Assembly (NCBI GenBank): GCA_964016885.1
Contig: OZ024742.1
Span: 232,314,001 to 232,378,000 of the forward strand
DNA: 64,000 nucleotides
Reading direction: 5' to 3'
Origin: Eledone cirrhosa
Taxonomy: Eukaryota
The stretch's first letter is position 1. Each line of letters starts with the position of its first letter. The notes under the pieces are model-generated. The model searched no databases. It saw only the letters and a program-made list of their open reading frames with translations, and was not told where the DNA came from. Positions 1 to 12,144 of the stretch are shown here, one piece after another. The position numbers and the translations under genes are program-made.

Positions 1-1187
1 TGTGTTACATGACCTTATTATAATAATTGATCTAAAACTTTAATTTTTAACAATATTACCAGTAGCTTATTTATTATATTATATTATGTTATATATAAAT
101 GATAGGTATCATCTTAATCTTTAGACAATATAATCTTTGTTTATATTTAGACAAATGCATATATCTAATTTAATAATAAAAAATGTTTCAAGTTTAACTA
201 TAAGGCCTTTTGATGCTTTAAAGCATTCTAATTGTTAATCTGAATTTTTTTAAAATTGTTTTTTAAAAATTATATCATCAATATAATAATTAAATATATT
301 ATAATAAAATTATTAAGATTTACTCCCGAGAGGATGAAAAATAGCATGTTTTCTCTCTCATATTTACAATTAGTTTAAATATGAATTCATAAAATATGAT
401 TTTATAAATTAAATATGATAATATACTTTAATATTAATACAGATATTTATAAACTTTTATAGCCTGAAATATTATACACTTTAATTAATTCATTACTCTG
501 AACTAACTTAAAAGATTTGAAAGTTAACGGTCAACCGGACACATTTGGATAGTATATATAACTAATTAACTGAGGAAATTAACCCTTATTGATTACACCC
601 AGTTATATTTAGGATTTAGATTGATGAATATTTCTAGATAATTTAATAATTCAATGATTCGAGTTTACTCTATAGCATACCTATGCCCAAATGTATAGTT
701 GTGTATGGATATATATCATACACAGCTATACATCCCTCCCTATAATTATAATTATTCCTCTTTGTCTCCCTTTCCTTGATCAATTTTCCTTTGCTCTCTA
801 TACCTCTTCGAGCTATATTTTCCCCTCATATGTTTTCTCTCTCTCTTTTTTCTTTCCTCTTTCTTCAATAATTATTTGAATCTCTAACAGTCATGTAAAT
901 TACTGTTATGTATTTTAAAACTTTCTTACACGCACCCTCTGTATTATATGTATTATATGTAAGTTTTTTCATGTATCAATCTTAAAGTATATAAATATTG
1001 AGTTTTGTCATATCTTACTCACTACCATGACTGGATCTTAACCATCTACTATGTCAGGATATGTCATACATCATCTTATTTTATCTGATGAGGACGTACT
1101 GTTGAAGTTAGCTCAGTACCTCTGAAATATGTATAATAAAATATATTGATCACAATGAAGTTCTATTTTTGTTAATATTTTGAATGA

Positions 1188-1189
<2 letters not shown>
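1..1189 (+). mobile_element. Degenerate Penelope-like element 3' end / pseudo-LTR
   Basis: AT-rich decayed sequence ending in a hammerhead followed by AATAAA, then microsatellite. Same layout as 2200-3200. No recognisable protein. Confidence 0.4.
1077..1143 (+). ncRNA. Type I minimal hammerhead ribozyme (Penelope pLTR type)
   Basis: Stem I TATTTTAT/ATAAAATA; core CTGATGA; stem II includes GTACTG/CAGTAC; GAAA; short stem III T-ATGT-A; AUA cleavage triplet. Confidence 0.7.
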
Positions 1190-1218
<29 letters not shown>

Positions 1219-1290
1219 TGTATGTATGTATGTATGTATGTATGTATGTATGTATGTATGTATGTATGTATGTATGTATGTATGTATGTA
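1190..1290. repeat. (TATG)n microsatellite
   Basis: Read directly from sequence. Confidence 0.98.
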
Positions 1291-1787
1291 GGGTGACTTT
1301 GGACATCCTGCAGGAGTAAAAACAAAACCTGTCAAAGGGCAAAGGAGCTCTTAAGAGTCAATGGCCATCCAAAATCACTGGGAGAGATGACCCCTTAGCC
1401 TTTGTCAAGGCAGAATTCTAGGAGAAGGAAAACTCTGATATAACACCTGCAACCCTGATGGTATCCAATGATGTTGACTTGTTCTTCTTTTGGTAAATAT
1501 CATCTTGGTTAAGAGAGTGGGACTGGCTTTGTGCAGTGCCTTTGCTCACTATAAAAGCTTCACGGCACAGGCATTGCTTTATATCTGGAGATCTCTCTGC
1601 ACTTGTCGTCCCATGGTACCAAAGGCAAAGCACTATGTGTCAATAATTGTCACAAGTGTAGTGTTTGTACCAGAGTTTTCAAGTCGCTGGCTGGACTAAA
1701 AAGTCACACTCGTTCAGCGCATCGGTAGGGGTTCTCCTACATGGATATAATGTAGTGGCCGTACTCGAAAACGAGTTGGCAGCCACC
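1291..1787 (+). mobile_element. Non-autonomous (TATG)n-inserted retroelement, variant N1
   Basis: Flanked on both sides by (TATG)n; near-identical to 38791-39287; 5' part homologous to 38350-38695; ends in hairpin GTGGCCGTACTCGAAAACGAGTTGGCAGCCAC. Confidence 0.8.
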
Positions 1788-2046
1788 ATGTATGTATGTA
1801 TGTATGTATGTATGTATGTATGTATGTATGTATGTATGTATGTATGTATGTATGTATGTATGTACGTATGTACGTACGTACGTATGTATGTATGTATGTA
1901 TGTATGTATGTATGTATGTATGTATGTATGTGTATGTATATATGTGTGTATATATATGTATGTATGTGTGTATATATATGTATGTATGTGTGAGTATATA
2001 TATATGTATGTATGTGTGTATATATATATATGTGTGTATGTATATA

Positions 2047-2095
<49 letters not shown>

Positions 2096-2194
2096 ATGTA
2101 TGTATGTATGTATGTATGTATGTATGTATGTATGTGTGTGTGTATATATATGTGTATGTATGTATATATATATATGTGTATGTATATATATATA
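1788..2194. repeat. Compound (TATG)n/(TA)n/(TG)n microsatellite
   Basis: Read directly from sequence. Confidence 0.98.
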
Positions 2195-3078
2195 AATTTA
2201 TGACTTCGTATAAAATAACATATGGTTCATGTTTTAATTATATTCTTAAAATAAAAAAATGTTTAACTTTTTAACTTTATAACATTTAATCCTTAGTCAT
2301 CTGTATTCTTAAAAAATCACTTCTAACTTCCTTTACACTTCCTTACTGTTTTTATAATATAACTAAGTGGTTATTCCTTTGTAAACTCTCGTAAATTTTT
2401 CATAAATTTAGAATTATTTGGATGTTTAAATTTTGACTTACAACTTTTAATAAAATAAACTATACTAGTTTTGCTCTAATGTAAAATACTATATATTTAT
2501 CTAAATAATTTATAATCCTTAACATTTAAACTAATTATTAATATTAAATTATTAAATTAAATCTTTAATATTAAGGTAAATTTTAATCTTTAATTTTGAT
2601 TTCTAATTTTTTAATTTTAATTTAATTTTAATATAATTTTTCGACCTATCATTATAAGTATTATAATAAAAAACGTAATGAATCCTGCATTATAAATATT
2701 ATTCTTCCACGTTATTCTCATTTCTTCTCTCATTTAGATATACTTACGCTGTGTATATTTATCCTTTGAAACTCATCTCTTCATGCACTCTATTTTCACT
2801 ATCAATATATATATAATCGTTCTTTCTTTCCTCTTCTATCTTATTCCTTTCTTTTTTCTTTTTTTCTTTTTTCTCTCTCCCTTACATATTACCTTCTTCC
2901 AACAGTTTAATTTAAATAAATCGTTATCTTTTCAACCTTTCGGACACCCATTTGCATACTCACTCATAATTTTGTATCACCCTCAATAAATGTACTATCT
3001 CCACTATCCAGGAATCTCCAATCGTTAAGCTTGTCTTTTTTTCCGGGTATGTCAATATTTATTTATAAAACAAATCTG

Positions 3079-3144
3079 TATTTTATCTGATGAAAGCGCA
3101 CCATAATTTGCCTTGGTTGCCCTTGAAATATGTATAATAAAATA
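3079..3144 (+). ncRNA. Type I minimal hammerhead ribozyme
   Basis: TATTTTAT-CTGATGA-AAGCGCACCA...TGGTTGCCCTT-GAAA-TATGTATA-ATAAAATA. Stems I and III are identical to the 1077 copy; stem II has a different sequence but still pairs. Confidence 0.72.
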
Positions 3145-3275
3145 AATATGGTTTTATAAATATAGTTTCCATTTATTAATATATTGTGTATTTACTCCAC
3201 TAACTTGTTGAGTGCTTTATATCAGTTATAAAAATGTTTAAGCTTGTTGAATCCCAACAAATTAAATATAACCTC

Positions 3276-3345
<70 letters not shown>

Positions 3346-5018
3346 GAAGTTGGGCGTTGTTTGTTTGTTGTCCCGAACTTGCAGGCTACACCGTTCATCC
3401 GATTTTCATGAAACTTGACACATATATAAAACTCGAGCCATAGATTGGAATAGGTTACTTGAAATTTTCGAGAATCGATAATCGGGTCCCCAGAAGTCAA
3501 ACATCGATATTTTCAAAAATCGTCCGATTTCGATGAAACTCGACGCAAGTGTGTATTTTGATCCGGGGATGAACGTGGGCTACAAAATCGATAATCGGAC
3601 CCCCCAGAGGCAAAAATCGATATTTTCAGAATTCGTCCGATTTCAATGAAATTTGATATTACCACAATAATAGATCCATTAGGAGTTACTCCAAGGCTGC
3701 AAAATTCAGAAAGTTTTTTTAAACTCATAAATCATGCGTTAAATGTTTTTCATATTTTTTTCAAAAATCTTTCGATTTCAATGAAATTTAATATGTATGT
3801 ATTCAAACACAAGCACTTTTAATTTATACCTGGCGCAATCAAAATCAATTTCATACGCCCATATAAGCCCGCACACACTGTGACTCACGCGCGTTATTGA
3901 TTGGACGGCCTGTCTATACCACGAGCAGTATGTGTTCTCAACAATAGATACATAAACAGGTATGCACGCACGTGCGAACCGCCTTTTTCTCTTTGTGTGT
4001 ATCCGCTTTTTGTGAACAACAATAAATCCGGCCGTCTCACTAAACGGACCTTTACAGAATTTGCCCACTTACTTATCGGTGAGTTAGAGCTTATTTATTT
4101 AGACTACTTGCATGCCATTTCAGTTAAATTTAATTCATTTTTCGCCTTCCTTAAATTAAAAAATCCCCATTGGGACTAGGGGATTGTCGACATCTTAGCG
4201 TTAAACTTTTCATATTCCCCCTTATTCAAGTGCAAGTACAGTATTATCCCTATCTGAAAGGAAACCAAATTTAATCGTGTCTTTTGTGATTCCAAAAGCT
4301 AAAACCGGTGAGTAAATTTTCAAACAGTCTTAAATAATCATGCTTTTTAAAAAAAATTTACTAAATAATACTTTGACCAAGTTGTATTGGACACATACAA
4401 AGTTGTAAAAAATGTTACGTCCGTACCAATTTTTTCCTTTTTTAAACAAAAAGTTCTAAAAAAATTACTTAATTCATAACACTACTGACACAGCCTTTTG
4501 CACAAGAAGTGAGTAAGTTTTCGGGTTTTTAAACGTAAGTTCACCAAGGTTTGTGTCTTTTCCATTATTAGCCCACCTCTAATGGCATTTTTTGTTCTGT
4601 TTAGGACTAAATGTTATGAGCGTATTTGCAAATTGCTATTGTTCTTTAATTTTTTAATTAGTTGTCATAGACCATCTGCATGGAGTGCAATTAATTGCGC
4701 ACACGTACATACCTGCATGCAGATAAACACTGACAGCTAATAAAAAATCGATAATTTGCTTATTAAGACATCGGTCAAAAAGAGAGATTGAATGTACTTT
4801 AGAATAATTTTTTGAATATATTGTTCTTTTTGGCATGATATGTCAGAAATATAGCTACTATTCACTTTGGTTATTTTTTGTAACTAAGAAACGGTTCCTT
4901 TTGGGTGGATACTTAACGAGAAAGATCCCAGGGTTTTGGACAAGTTTGTTTCAGGCAGTGTATAGACGCCAATTTTGTCACACTTTGGTCATGAATTCGT
5001 ATTCTTTTCCAATAGATA

Positions 5019-5269
5019 CCGTATTTTCCGCTCTATAAGGCTCACCGGGATATAAGGCGTATCATTTAAAATCCGTGCAACGGCGTGTAAGGCCAACCAG
5101 GAAAATGCTATCTTCTTTACTTTTAGTCTAGATCTATTACTTCTGTTAGAGCCGTGATTGATTACCATTGTATTATTTATACATAAGGCTCACCGGAGTA
5201 TAAAGCGCAGAACTGTTTTTTGATGAAATTTAGGTATTTTAAGTGCACTTTATAGGCCGGAAAATTCGG
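5019..5269. mobile_element. pogo/Tc2-like MITE nested in the Helitron
   Basis: TIRs CCGTATTTTCCG / CCGGAAAATTCGG with TA target-site duplication. Confidence 0.75.
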
Positions 5270-5759
5270 TAAGTTATTATAATCATATTTCCAAACCTTC
5301 CCATTCACCAGTAACCATGCTAGCGAATCTGGTGTCACCTCTCTGTACTTAATCACCCCTCTCTAACCTAACAGCTTCGTTACACGTCGTTATTCCCACA
5401 CGGAAACGCTCAAGACTTACCTCCAAAAAAGATACAGCTACTGCTTTGAGACGACGAATTAGGCGTTCTCAGGTATGCGTTCACTCACAATTGGTTAATC
5501 CTTTATGCAATATTCTCCCTTAATGTTAGCAAGCACTGCGTTTATCCTAACTGTCACCACTTTTAAGCAACTACAACATTCTAATCGTAGTTATATTAAA
5601 TGTATTGTCTTACCTTGTTTCCCTTTTGTTCATATTACACTTTAATCATTTACTATTGGCACAGTGCCTTTGGCTTAGCTAACCAGTAGCATTAATTAAC
5701 TTTCTCTAGGAAACACCTCGACCCTCTGACCCTCTGATAGACGTCTTTCCCGGCTGGTT

Positions 5760-6080
5760 GAGTCACCAACATCTCGTACGACAAGGCTTGCTGATGTCCG
5801 CCTTCGTCGCTAACAAGCGCTTGCGGAGGAGTCACCAACATCCCGTACGACGAGGCTTGCTGGTGTTCGCCTTCGTCACCAACAATTGCTTGCAGAGGAG
5901 TCACCAACATCCCGTACGATGCGGCTTGCTGGCGTTCGCCTTCGTCACCAACAAGCGCTTGCAGAGGAGTCACCAACATCCCGTCAGACGAGGCTTGCTG
6001 GGGTTCGCCTTCGTCGTCAACAAGCGCTTGCAGAGGAGTCCACGGCAGACAGAGACAACAGGCTTGCTGCTAAGCGTTCC
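5760..6080 (+). repeat. 69-bp coding minisatellite (about 4.5 copies; 23-aa repeat)
   Basis: GAGTCACC unit starts at 5760, 5829, 5898, 5967 and 6036; translates ALAEESPTSRxxRLAGVRLRxQQ. Confidence 0.9.
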
Positions 6081-6470
6081 CGGCATACATTAGCTACTGC
6101 TGCCAAGATCTCAGGCTCGATAAAAGCAGCCTTCAGATATAACCCCTCTGAGGATTACGGACTTCTGCCTACAGTTTCCATTGGCAAAATGGATAATGTC
6201 TGTACATCATGCAAGACAATGAAGTGGCCAGGCGAGGCGCCTTCTGTGTGCTGTGCAGGAGGTAAGGTGCAACTAGAGGCATTAGCTGACCCGCCAGACG
6301 TTCTTCTGAATCTACTTACAGGTGACGAAACTACGGCTACAACGTTCCGCCGTAACATGTGGAAATACAACTCCTGTTTCATGATGACCTCCTTTGGTGT
6401 AGACAATAACAACACCAACAACAGCGTGAACCCCAACAACAACTTTGCACCTGTGATGCGCGGGAAATAA
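5886..6470 (+). pseudogene. Helitron RepHel N-terminal fragment (basic repeats plus Cys cluster)
   Basis: AF.Y.P..DY...VSIGKM..VC..C..MKWPGE..SVCC.GGKV.L..L..PP..L..LL.G.......FR.N..KYNSCF.MTSFG is the characteristic pre-Rep region of Helitron proteins. Rep and helicase domains are absent. Confidence 0.85.
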
Positions 6471-6573
6471 ATGTCACACATTTTAACAACAGAGCAAAGG
6501 TCGACTTACACCTGGGCAACGCCGGGTACTTCTGCTAGTATATATTAGTATATATTTATATATATATATATAT

Positions 6574-8012
6574 CTGTTAGTTCTATCGTTACTTATATTA
6601 TTGTGTGTTAGATTTTGCCTACCACAATGTTCGATTTGTCAAGCTATTTAAACGTATGCTATTACTCTAAGGACCTAACTTATCGAGTGCTTTGCTAACT
6701 CATTATTTCATATAAGTAGGCCGAATTTGCTTGCAAACCGCCAGAGATTCGATTTTACTAAATTTCCAATTATATTATTCTCCTAGATTTAATAATTAAC
6801 TAATTAATTTAATTAGACAATTCTGTTGATTGGTTAATTATTTGTGTTTGTTTTATAACATCTAGTCGAGAGCTTATCATGATGATTAGCGGAAATTAAA
6901 ATATTTCCTTTGTCTAACATTTTGAATGACCCGCCAAAAACCGAGGGTTATTTCCCTTGCTCGAATTAACACGTGACAGCTATAGATACGATACGCTGCA
7001 TTTAGCAGCAACATTTAGCCTATCACCCCTTTTCTGGGTAGAACGAAAAGTCTGTTGAAAAACTGAATCCTCCGTTCGATCATGGATACTACGAGCTTGC
7101 CAGTCACGTAAGTCTGATTTTTGATTTCGGATTCAAAGAAACACTTTAAACGTATAATCGTTTGATTTGTCCAGGTGTATTTTTCTCAACCTGTTAGTTC
7201 TATCGTTACTTTGGTATATTATTGTGTGTTAGATTTTGCCTACCACAATGTTCGATTTGTCAAGCTATTTAAACGTATGTTATTACTCTAAGGACCTAAC
7301 TTATCGAGTGCTTTGCTAACTCATTATTTCATATAAGTAGGCCGAATTTGCTTGCAAACCGCCAGAGATTCGATTTTACTAAATTTCCAATTATATTATT
7401 CTCCTAGATTTAATAATTAACTAATTAATTTAATTAGACAATTCTGTTGATTGGTTAATTATTTGTGTTTGTTTTATAACATCTAGTCGAGAGCTTATCA
7501 TGATGATTAGCGGAAATTAAAATATTTCCTTTGTCTAACATTTTGAATGACCCGCCAAAAACCGAGGGTTATTTCCCTTGCTCGAATTAACACGTGACAG
7601 CTATAGATACGATACGCTGCATTTAGCAGCAACATTTAGCCTATCACCCCTTTTCTGGGTAGAACGAAAAGTCTGTTGAAAAACTGAATCCTCCGTTCGA
7701 TCATGGATACTACGAGCTTGCCAGTCACGTAAGTCTGATTTTTGATTTCGGATTCAAAGAAACACTTTAAACGTATAATCGTTTGATTTGTCCAGGTGTA
7801 TTTTTCTCAACCTGTTAGTTCTATCGTTACTTTGGTATATTATTGTGTGTTAGATTTTGCCTACCACAATGTTCGATTTGTCAAGCTATTTAAACGTATG
7901 TTATTACTCTAAGGACCTAACTTATCGAGTGCTTTGCTAACTCATCATTTCATATAAGTAGGCCGAATTTGCTTGCAAACCGCCAGAGATTCGATTTTAC
8001 TAAATTTCCAAT
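6574..8012. repeat. About 620-bp tandem repeat, 2.3 copies, embedded in (TA)n
   Basis: CTGTTAGTTCTATCG starts at 6574, 7191 and 7812; copies nearly identical. Confidence 0.92.
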
Positions 8013-8042
8013 TATATATATATATATATATATATTTGTAAA

Positions 8043-8220
8043 ATAATTGTTTCTACTTTAGGCACAAGGCCAGCAATTACCCAGTACATTACTGGTACTT
8101 TATTTTATCGACCCCGTAAGGATGAAAAGCAAAGTTAACCTCGGCGGGATTTGAACTCAGACTCTAAAGGGACGTAACTATGCTAGAAAGCATGGCGTCC
8201 GACCCTCTACCGATACTGAT
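8043..8220 (-). mobile_element. tRNA-derived SINE
   Basis: Reverse complement of the SINE family at 8650-9280 (B box GAGTTCAAATCC; central CTTTCATCCTTACGGGGTCGATAAAATAAAGTACCAG). Confidence 0.85.
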
Positions 8221-8649
8221 GATCAGAGAACTTCCATTTTATTTAACAATACTGAAGCGTACTTGTTTCATATGTGTAAAATTCGTTCATGGATGTTAGT
8301 TCTTTACTGAGGAGAAACATTTTTTAGGGGTATTATAAAATATATTTTAACCGAATAATATTTTTGTTTTATTATTAATAAAACATAAAAATTACAAATA
8401 ATGTCCAAATTTTTCTGCAGACCACCATCTGCCACTCCTCTCCTCTTACTTTCATTATTTAATTTCATCTTTTTTATTGCAAACTTTTGAAATATTTAAC
8501 ATTTTGTTCGGAGAACACCCGTCGTTGAGATGGTTGTAATAACAAAAAATTACCATATTTTTATCTTTGATTTCATCTTGTCAAAGCGTCTGAAACTTTT
8601 CCATAACCAAATCTATACATATGTTCTGGTGTCACACCAATTTGTGTTT

Positions 8650-9280
8650 CAGTAGAGCATCGGACACCATGCTTTGCAGCATGGAGTTACGGCCCTTTGC
8701 GTTCTGAGTTCCGAGGTTAGCTTTGCCTTTAATCCTTAAAGGGTCGATAGTAAAGAACCAGTAACGCACTGCGATCAATTTAATCGACTTTCCCGTCCCT
8801 CTAAATTGTTAGCCTTGTGCCTAAATCAGAAACCATTATTTTATGGTGGATTGGCAGTATCGGTAGAGGCGTCGGACGCCATGCTTTGACGCATAGAGTT
8901 ACGGCCCTTGCCATTCTGAGTTCAAATCCCGCCAAGGTTAACTTTGCCTTTCATCCTTACGGGGTCGATAAAATAAAGTACCAGTAATGTACTGAGTAAT
9001 TACTGGCCTTGTGCCAAAAAGTAGAAACAATTATTTTACATCCATATAAGAGCGGTGGATTGGCAGTATCGGTAGAGCGTCGGACACTATGCTTCATGGC
9101 ATAGAGTTACGACCCTTTACATTCTGAGTTCAAATCTCGCCGAAGTTAGCTTTGCCTTTCATCCTTAAAGGGTCGATAAAATAAAATACCAATAACACAG
9201 TATTGGCCTTGTGCCTAAATCAGAAACCATTAAGGGCGGGGGTTGGTAGTATCGGTAGAGCGTCGGACAGCATGCTTTGT
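8650..9280 (+). mobile_element. Four head-to-tail tRNA-derived SINE copies (last one truncated)
   Basis: A box TGGCAGTATCGG, B box GTTCAAATC, conserved central domain resembling the Meta-type SINE domain, 3' GGCCTTGTGCC.AAA..AGAAAC.ATTA. Confidence 0.85.
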
Positions 9281-10219
9281 AACGACTTCCTGAAGCGAAG
9301 CGAAGTTAGTGGTTGTTGAGGATGAATAAACATGACAAATAAAGTAGTTTGGGCGAGATATAAAATTTACTTCATTCCAGTAAAAAAAAAAAAAAGGAAA
9401 AAAAGAATATGATTACTACGAATCATAAAAATACAAAGTAGTATAGAAACATTCACAATGAATACCGTGTTTGAGAAGTCCTTTTCGTTTTGTTGGAGAA
9501 GTTTTGTTTTATGTGCTATGCTGAAGTAGAAGGTGTCGAGTCATAGTCAGTCAGTATTATCCACATAGATAGTAGTAAAAGTGCAGACAAGGAACCGTGT
9601 CGTCTACTTCTATGGTAGATAATTCTCTGTCTGCCAGGATCACAAGACAGCCTATTTATATTGACGGCTAGTTATTTTTGATAAATAACAGATGGCCCCA
9701 TGATATTTTCTCCTTCATAGGAACGGTGCCATAAAACCTAGCCCCCCGGAAAATTTATATGTTGTCCTCTCAACGGGGTCGCAGGTAACATTTTGTTGGC
9801 CATGTCAGTGAGAGAACACCGTGGGGAAATATTTCTTTCGCTACATTAATTTCCCGCCCAGATCGAAACGGGAGTAACGATCCATAATCGAAAAGGTAAC
9901 GAAAGAGAGAACCAATGACCCCGGATAGAAAACTGTCACATAACTTCCCTTGTAGAAAAAGAAAAAAACAACAACAAAATACCGTAAAAATAAAATAAAT
10001 AATTAAATAAATAAATAAAAATGGACAAATTCCTGAGATTCGCCAACACTGCACCTAATATTCCCCCTCCATACACATACACACATGTATATCATGACTC
10101 ATACACTATTCACTTCACTGACATTTGTATATTATTCTATGTACTATACATGCACCTTTGATCAGTTGTAGTGCACCTGAGCACTGTACACAATAATTTC
10201 ATTATTATTATGAAGAATG

Positions 10220-11330
10220 TTACTTGAAATATTGGACATAACTAGATGGGCAGTACACCTGTCGACTGGATCTGGTACTTGTTGTTGACATAGAGTTAGG
10301 GTTACCAGTGGATGGGAGCGCCGATGTTGGGTTAACTTGGTCTGATGGTGACGGTTCATCCAAATCCACACGAGCTTTTTTTTTTAGCCGGTCGTCACTG
10401 ACAGCATTCCTCTTTCCATTAATGTCAAAAATGAAATGCGTGTCAGATGGAACTTGGGTAGTGATACTTTGAGGGAGAGAGGCAACGGATGGAAGGTTTA
10501 ACATATAGGTCCGCAGGCGATGGATGTAGTTCATTGGATCCGCAGTGGGTTGAGACCATTTTCTCGAGTAATACCAATGTTGTTCCAAACCAGCTCAGCT
10601 GGCGTAAAACAAAGTCCTTCTTTTGCAGTGGGGCGAATTCCAAGAAGGATGAGAGGTAAAATTTCCAACCAGCTGCTGTTGTTGACATAGGCTCGAAGAG
10701 CAGATTTTAATTGCCGATGGAAACGTTCAAACAGCTGTAGGGTGATCGGTTGTATGTGTTCGGTTACAACATAGGAGGCGTGTCAATTCGTTAGAAATGT
10801 TCGGTTTGAACTGGCAGCCTCTGGCCGTGGTATAACGCGAAATCCAATGCTGTACTAGTGCCTTGGTAATAGTTTCGGCTGTTGTATCAGATAGGGGAAT
10901 GGCCTCAGGCTTCCGAGAGAATCTGTCCACACAGGTCAAAAGGTGAGTACAACTCCGAAAAAGAGGTAGTGGTCCGACGATGTCGATGTGTACATGTTGG
11001 AAGCGCGCATCTGGTATTGCGAAGGTTCACAAAGGAGTTCTGCAATGGTGAATTTTTGCTTTCTGACACTGGGCGCAATGCCTGGTCCATTCCCTGACAT
11101 CCTTGTTCACACCAACCCAGACAAACCGGGCTGTTATTAACTTCAGTGGGGAGTTGGCACGAGGATGCGGTAGGTTGTGCAGCGCTGATAAAAAACAGAA
11201 AGTCGATGCTTTAGAGGTACGTAGGGCGCACGTGACCCGTAGACACATCACTCCAAATACCACCAGGAGAAAAAGGTTGAGGGAGGAGTTTGAAAGACAA
11301 GGAAGAAGAAGATGGAGCTCCCGTCAGTCT
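10220..11330 (-). pseudogene. Gypsy integrase remnant
   Basis: H..LH.L.HP...ITARFVW.G.NKDVREW.R.C..CQ.AKI (HHCC), LTCVDRFSR.PEAIPL...AETI..ALV..WISR; frameshifted. Confidence 0.9.
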
Positions 11331-11379
11331 GTTGGGCGGCGGCAATATCTCAGTGGTTGATAGAAGCAGAGGTGTGCAG

Positions 11380-12144
11380 TACACTTAAGTATGCCCGAGA
11401 AAGGGCGTCGGCTGCAGAGCTGTCTGACCCTTTAATGTAGCGAATATCAGTAGTATATTGGGATATATAATCCAGTTGGCGTACTAGGTGATATAAGGCT
11501 TGGAATATAAAGCGTACGTGAGAGGTTTATGGTCCGTGTAAATAGAAAACACAGTATCTTCTAATATGTGCCGGAAATGTCTCACACAGAGGTACGCTAC
11601 TAAAAGTTCCCCCCGACCGAATGTGTTGTACTTCGTTTCGGCCGGTTTGAGTCGTCTAGAGAAGAAAGAAATTGGCTGCCATGCATCGTCTATACATTGC
11701 TGGAGAACGCCACCGACCCCGACATCCGATGCCTCGACAAACGGACACAGCGGTGCGTCATGTTTGAGATGAACCAGCATTGTGGCCTCTGCTAAGGTCC
11801 TTTTGATTTTAAGAAAGGTAGCTGCTTGTGCATCATCGAAATTGATAAGCTGGTTCTTTCTTTTGAACTGCCGAATTATGTCTGTTAGCGGCTGGAGAAA
11901 CCTTGTACAGCGAGGATTGAACCGGTGGTAAAAAATTTTGAGGCTGAGGAACTCATGTTCTTTCCTCAAGGACGTAGGAGCGAGGAAATCTAAAATGAAC
12001 TTAACTTTGTCTTGGAGGGGACGGATTCCTTGTTTGTCGATGTAGTGTCCCAGAAAATCAAGGGAAGAAACACCGAAAAGACATTTGCCGGAGTTGATGA
12101 TAACACCAAACTGAGAAAAACGCTCGAAAAGCAGTCATAGGTAC
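11380..12144 (-). pseudogene. Gypsy RT C-terminus plus RNase H remnant
   Basis: KCLFG...LDFLGH, ASDVGVGGVLQQ...WQPISFFSRRL..AE.KY.TFGR.ELL..YL.VRHFRH.LE...F.IYTDHKPL. Confidence 0.92.

Larger units (their letters stand above)
3330..6538 (+). mobile_element. Internally deleted Helitron
   Basis: 5' TATATATAAAGTGAAG...GTTTGTTTG start in (TA)n; 3' CTGGGCAACGCCGGG hairpin then CTAG|T; carries a RepHel N-terminal coding remnant. Confidence 0.8.

Noticed and set aside
1490-1699. Small ORF shared between N1 copies (also 39017-39199)
   Set aside because: Similarity reflects recent repeat copies; non-ATG start and not shared with N2.
5760-6080. CRISPR-like regular repeats
   Set aside because: No unique spacers, eukaryotic context; this is a coding minisatellite in a Helitron.
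8843-8935. tRNA gene
   Set aside because: A and B boxes belong to SINE heads; no complete cloverleaf.
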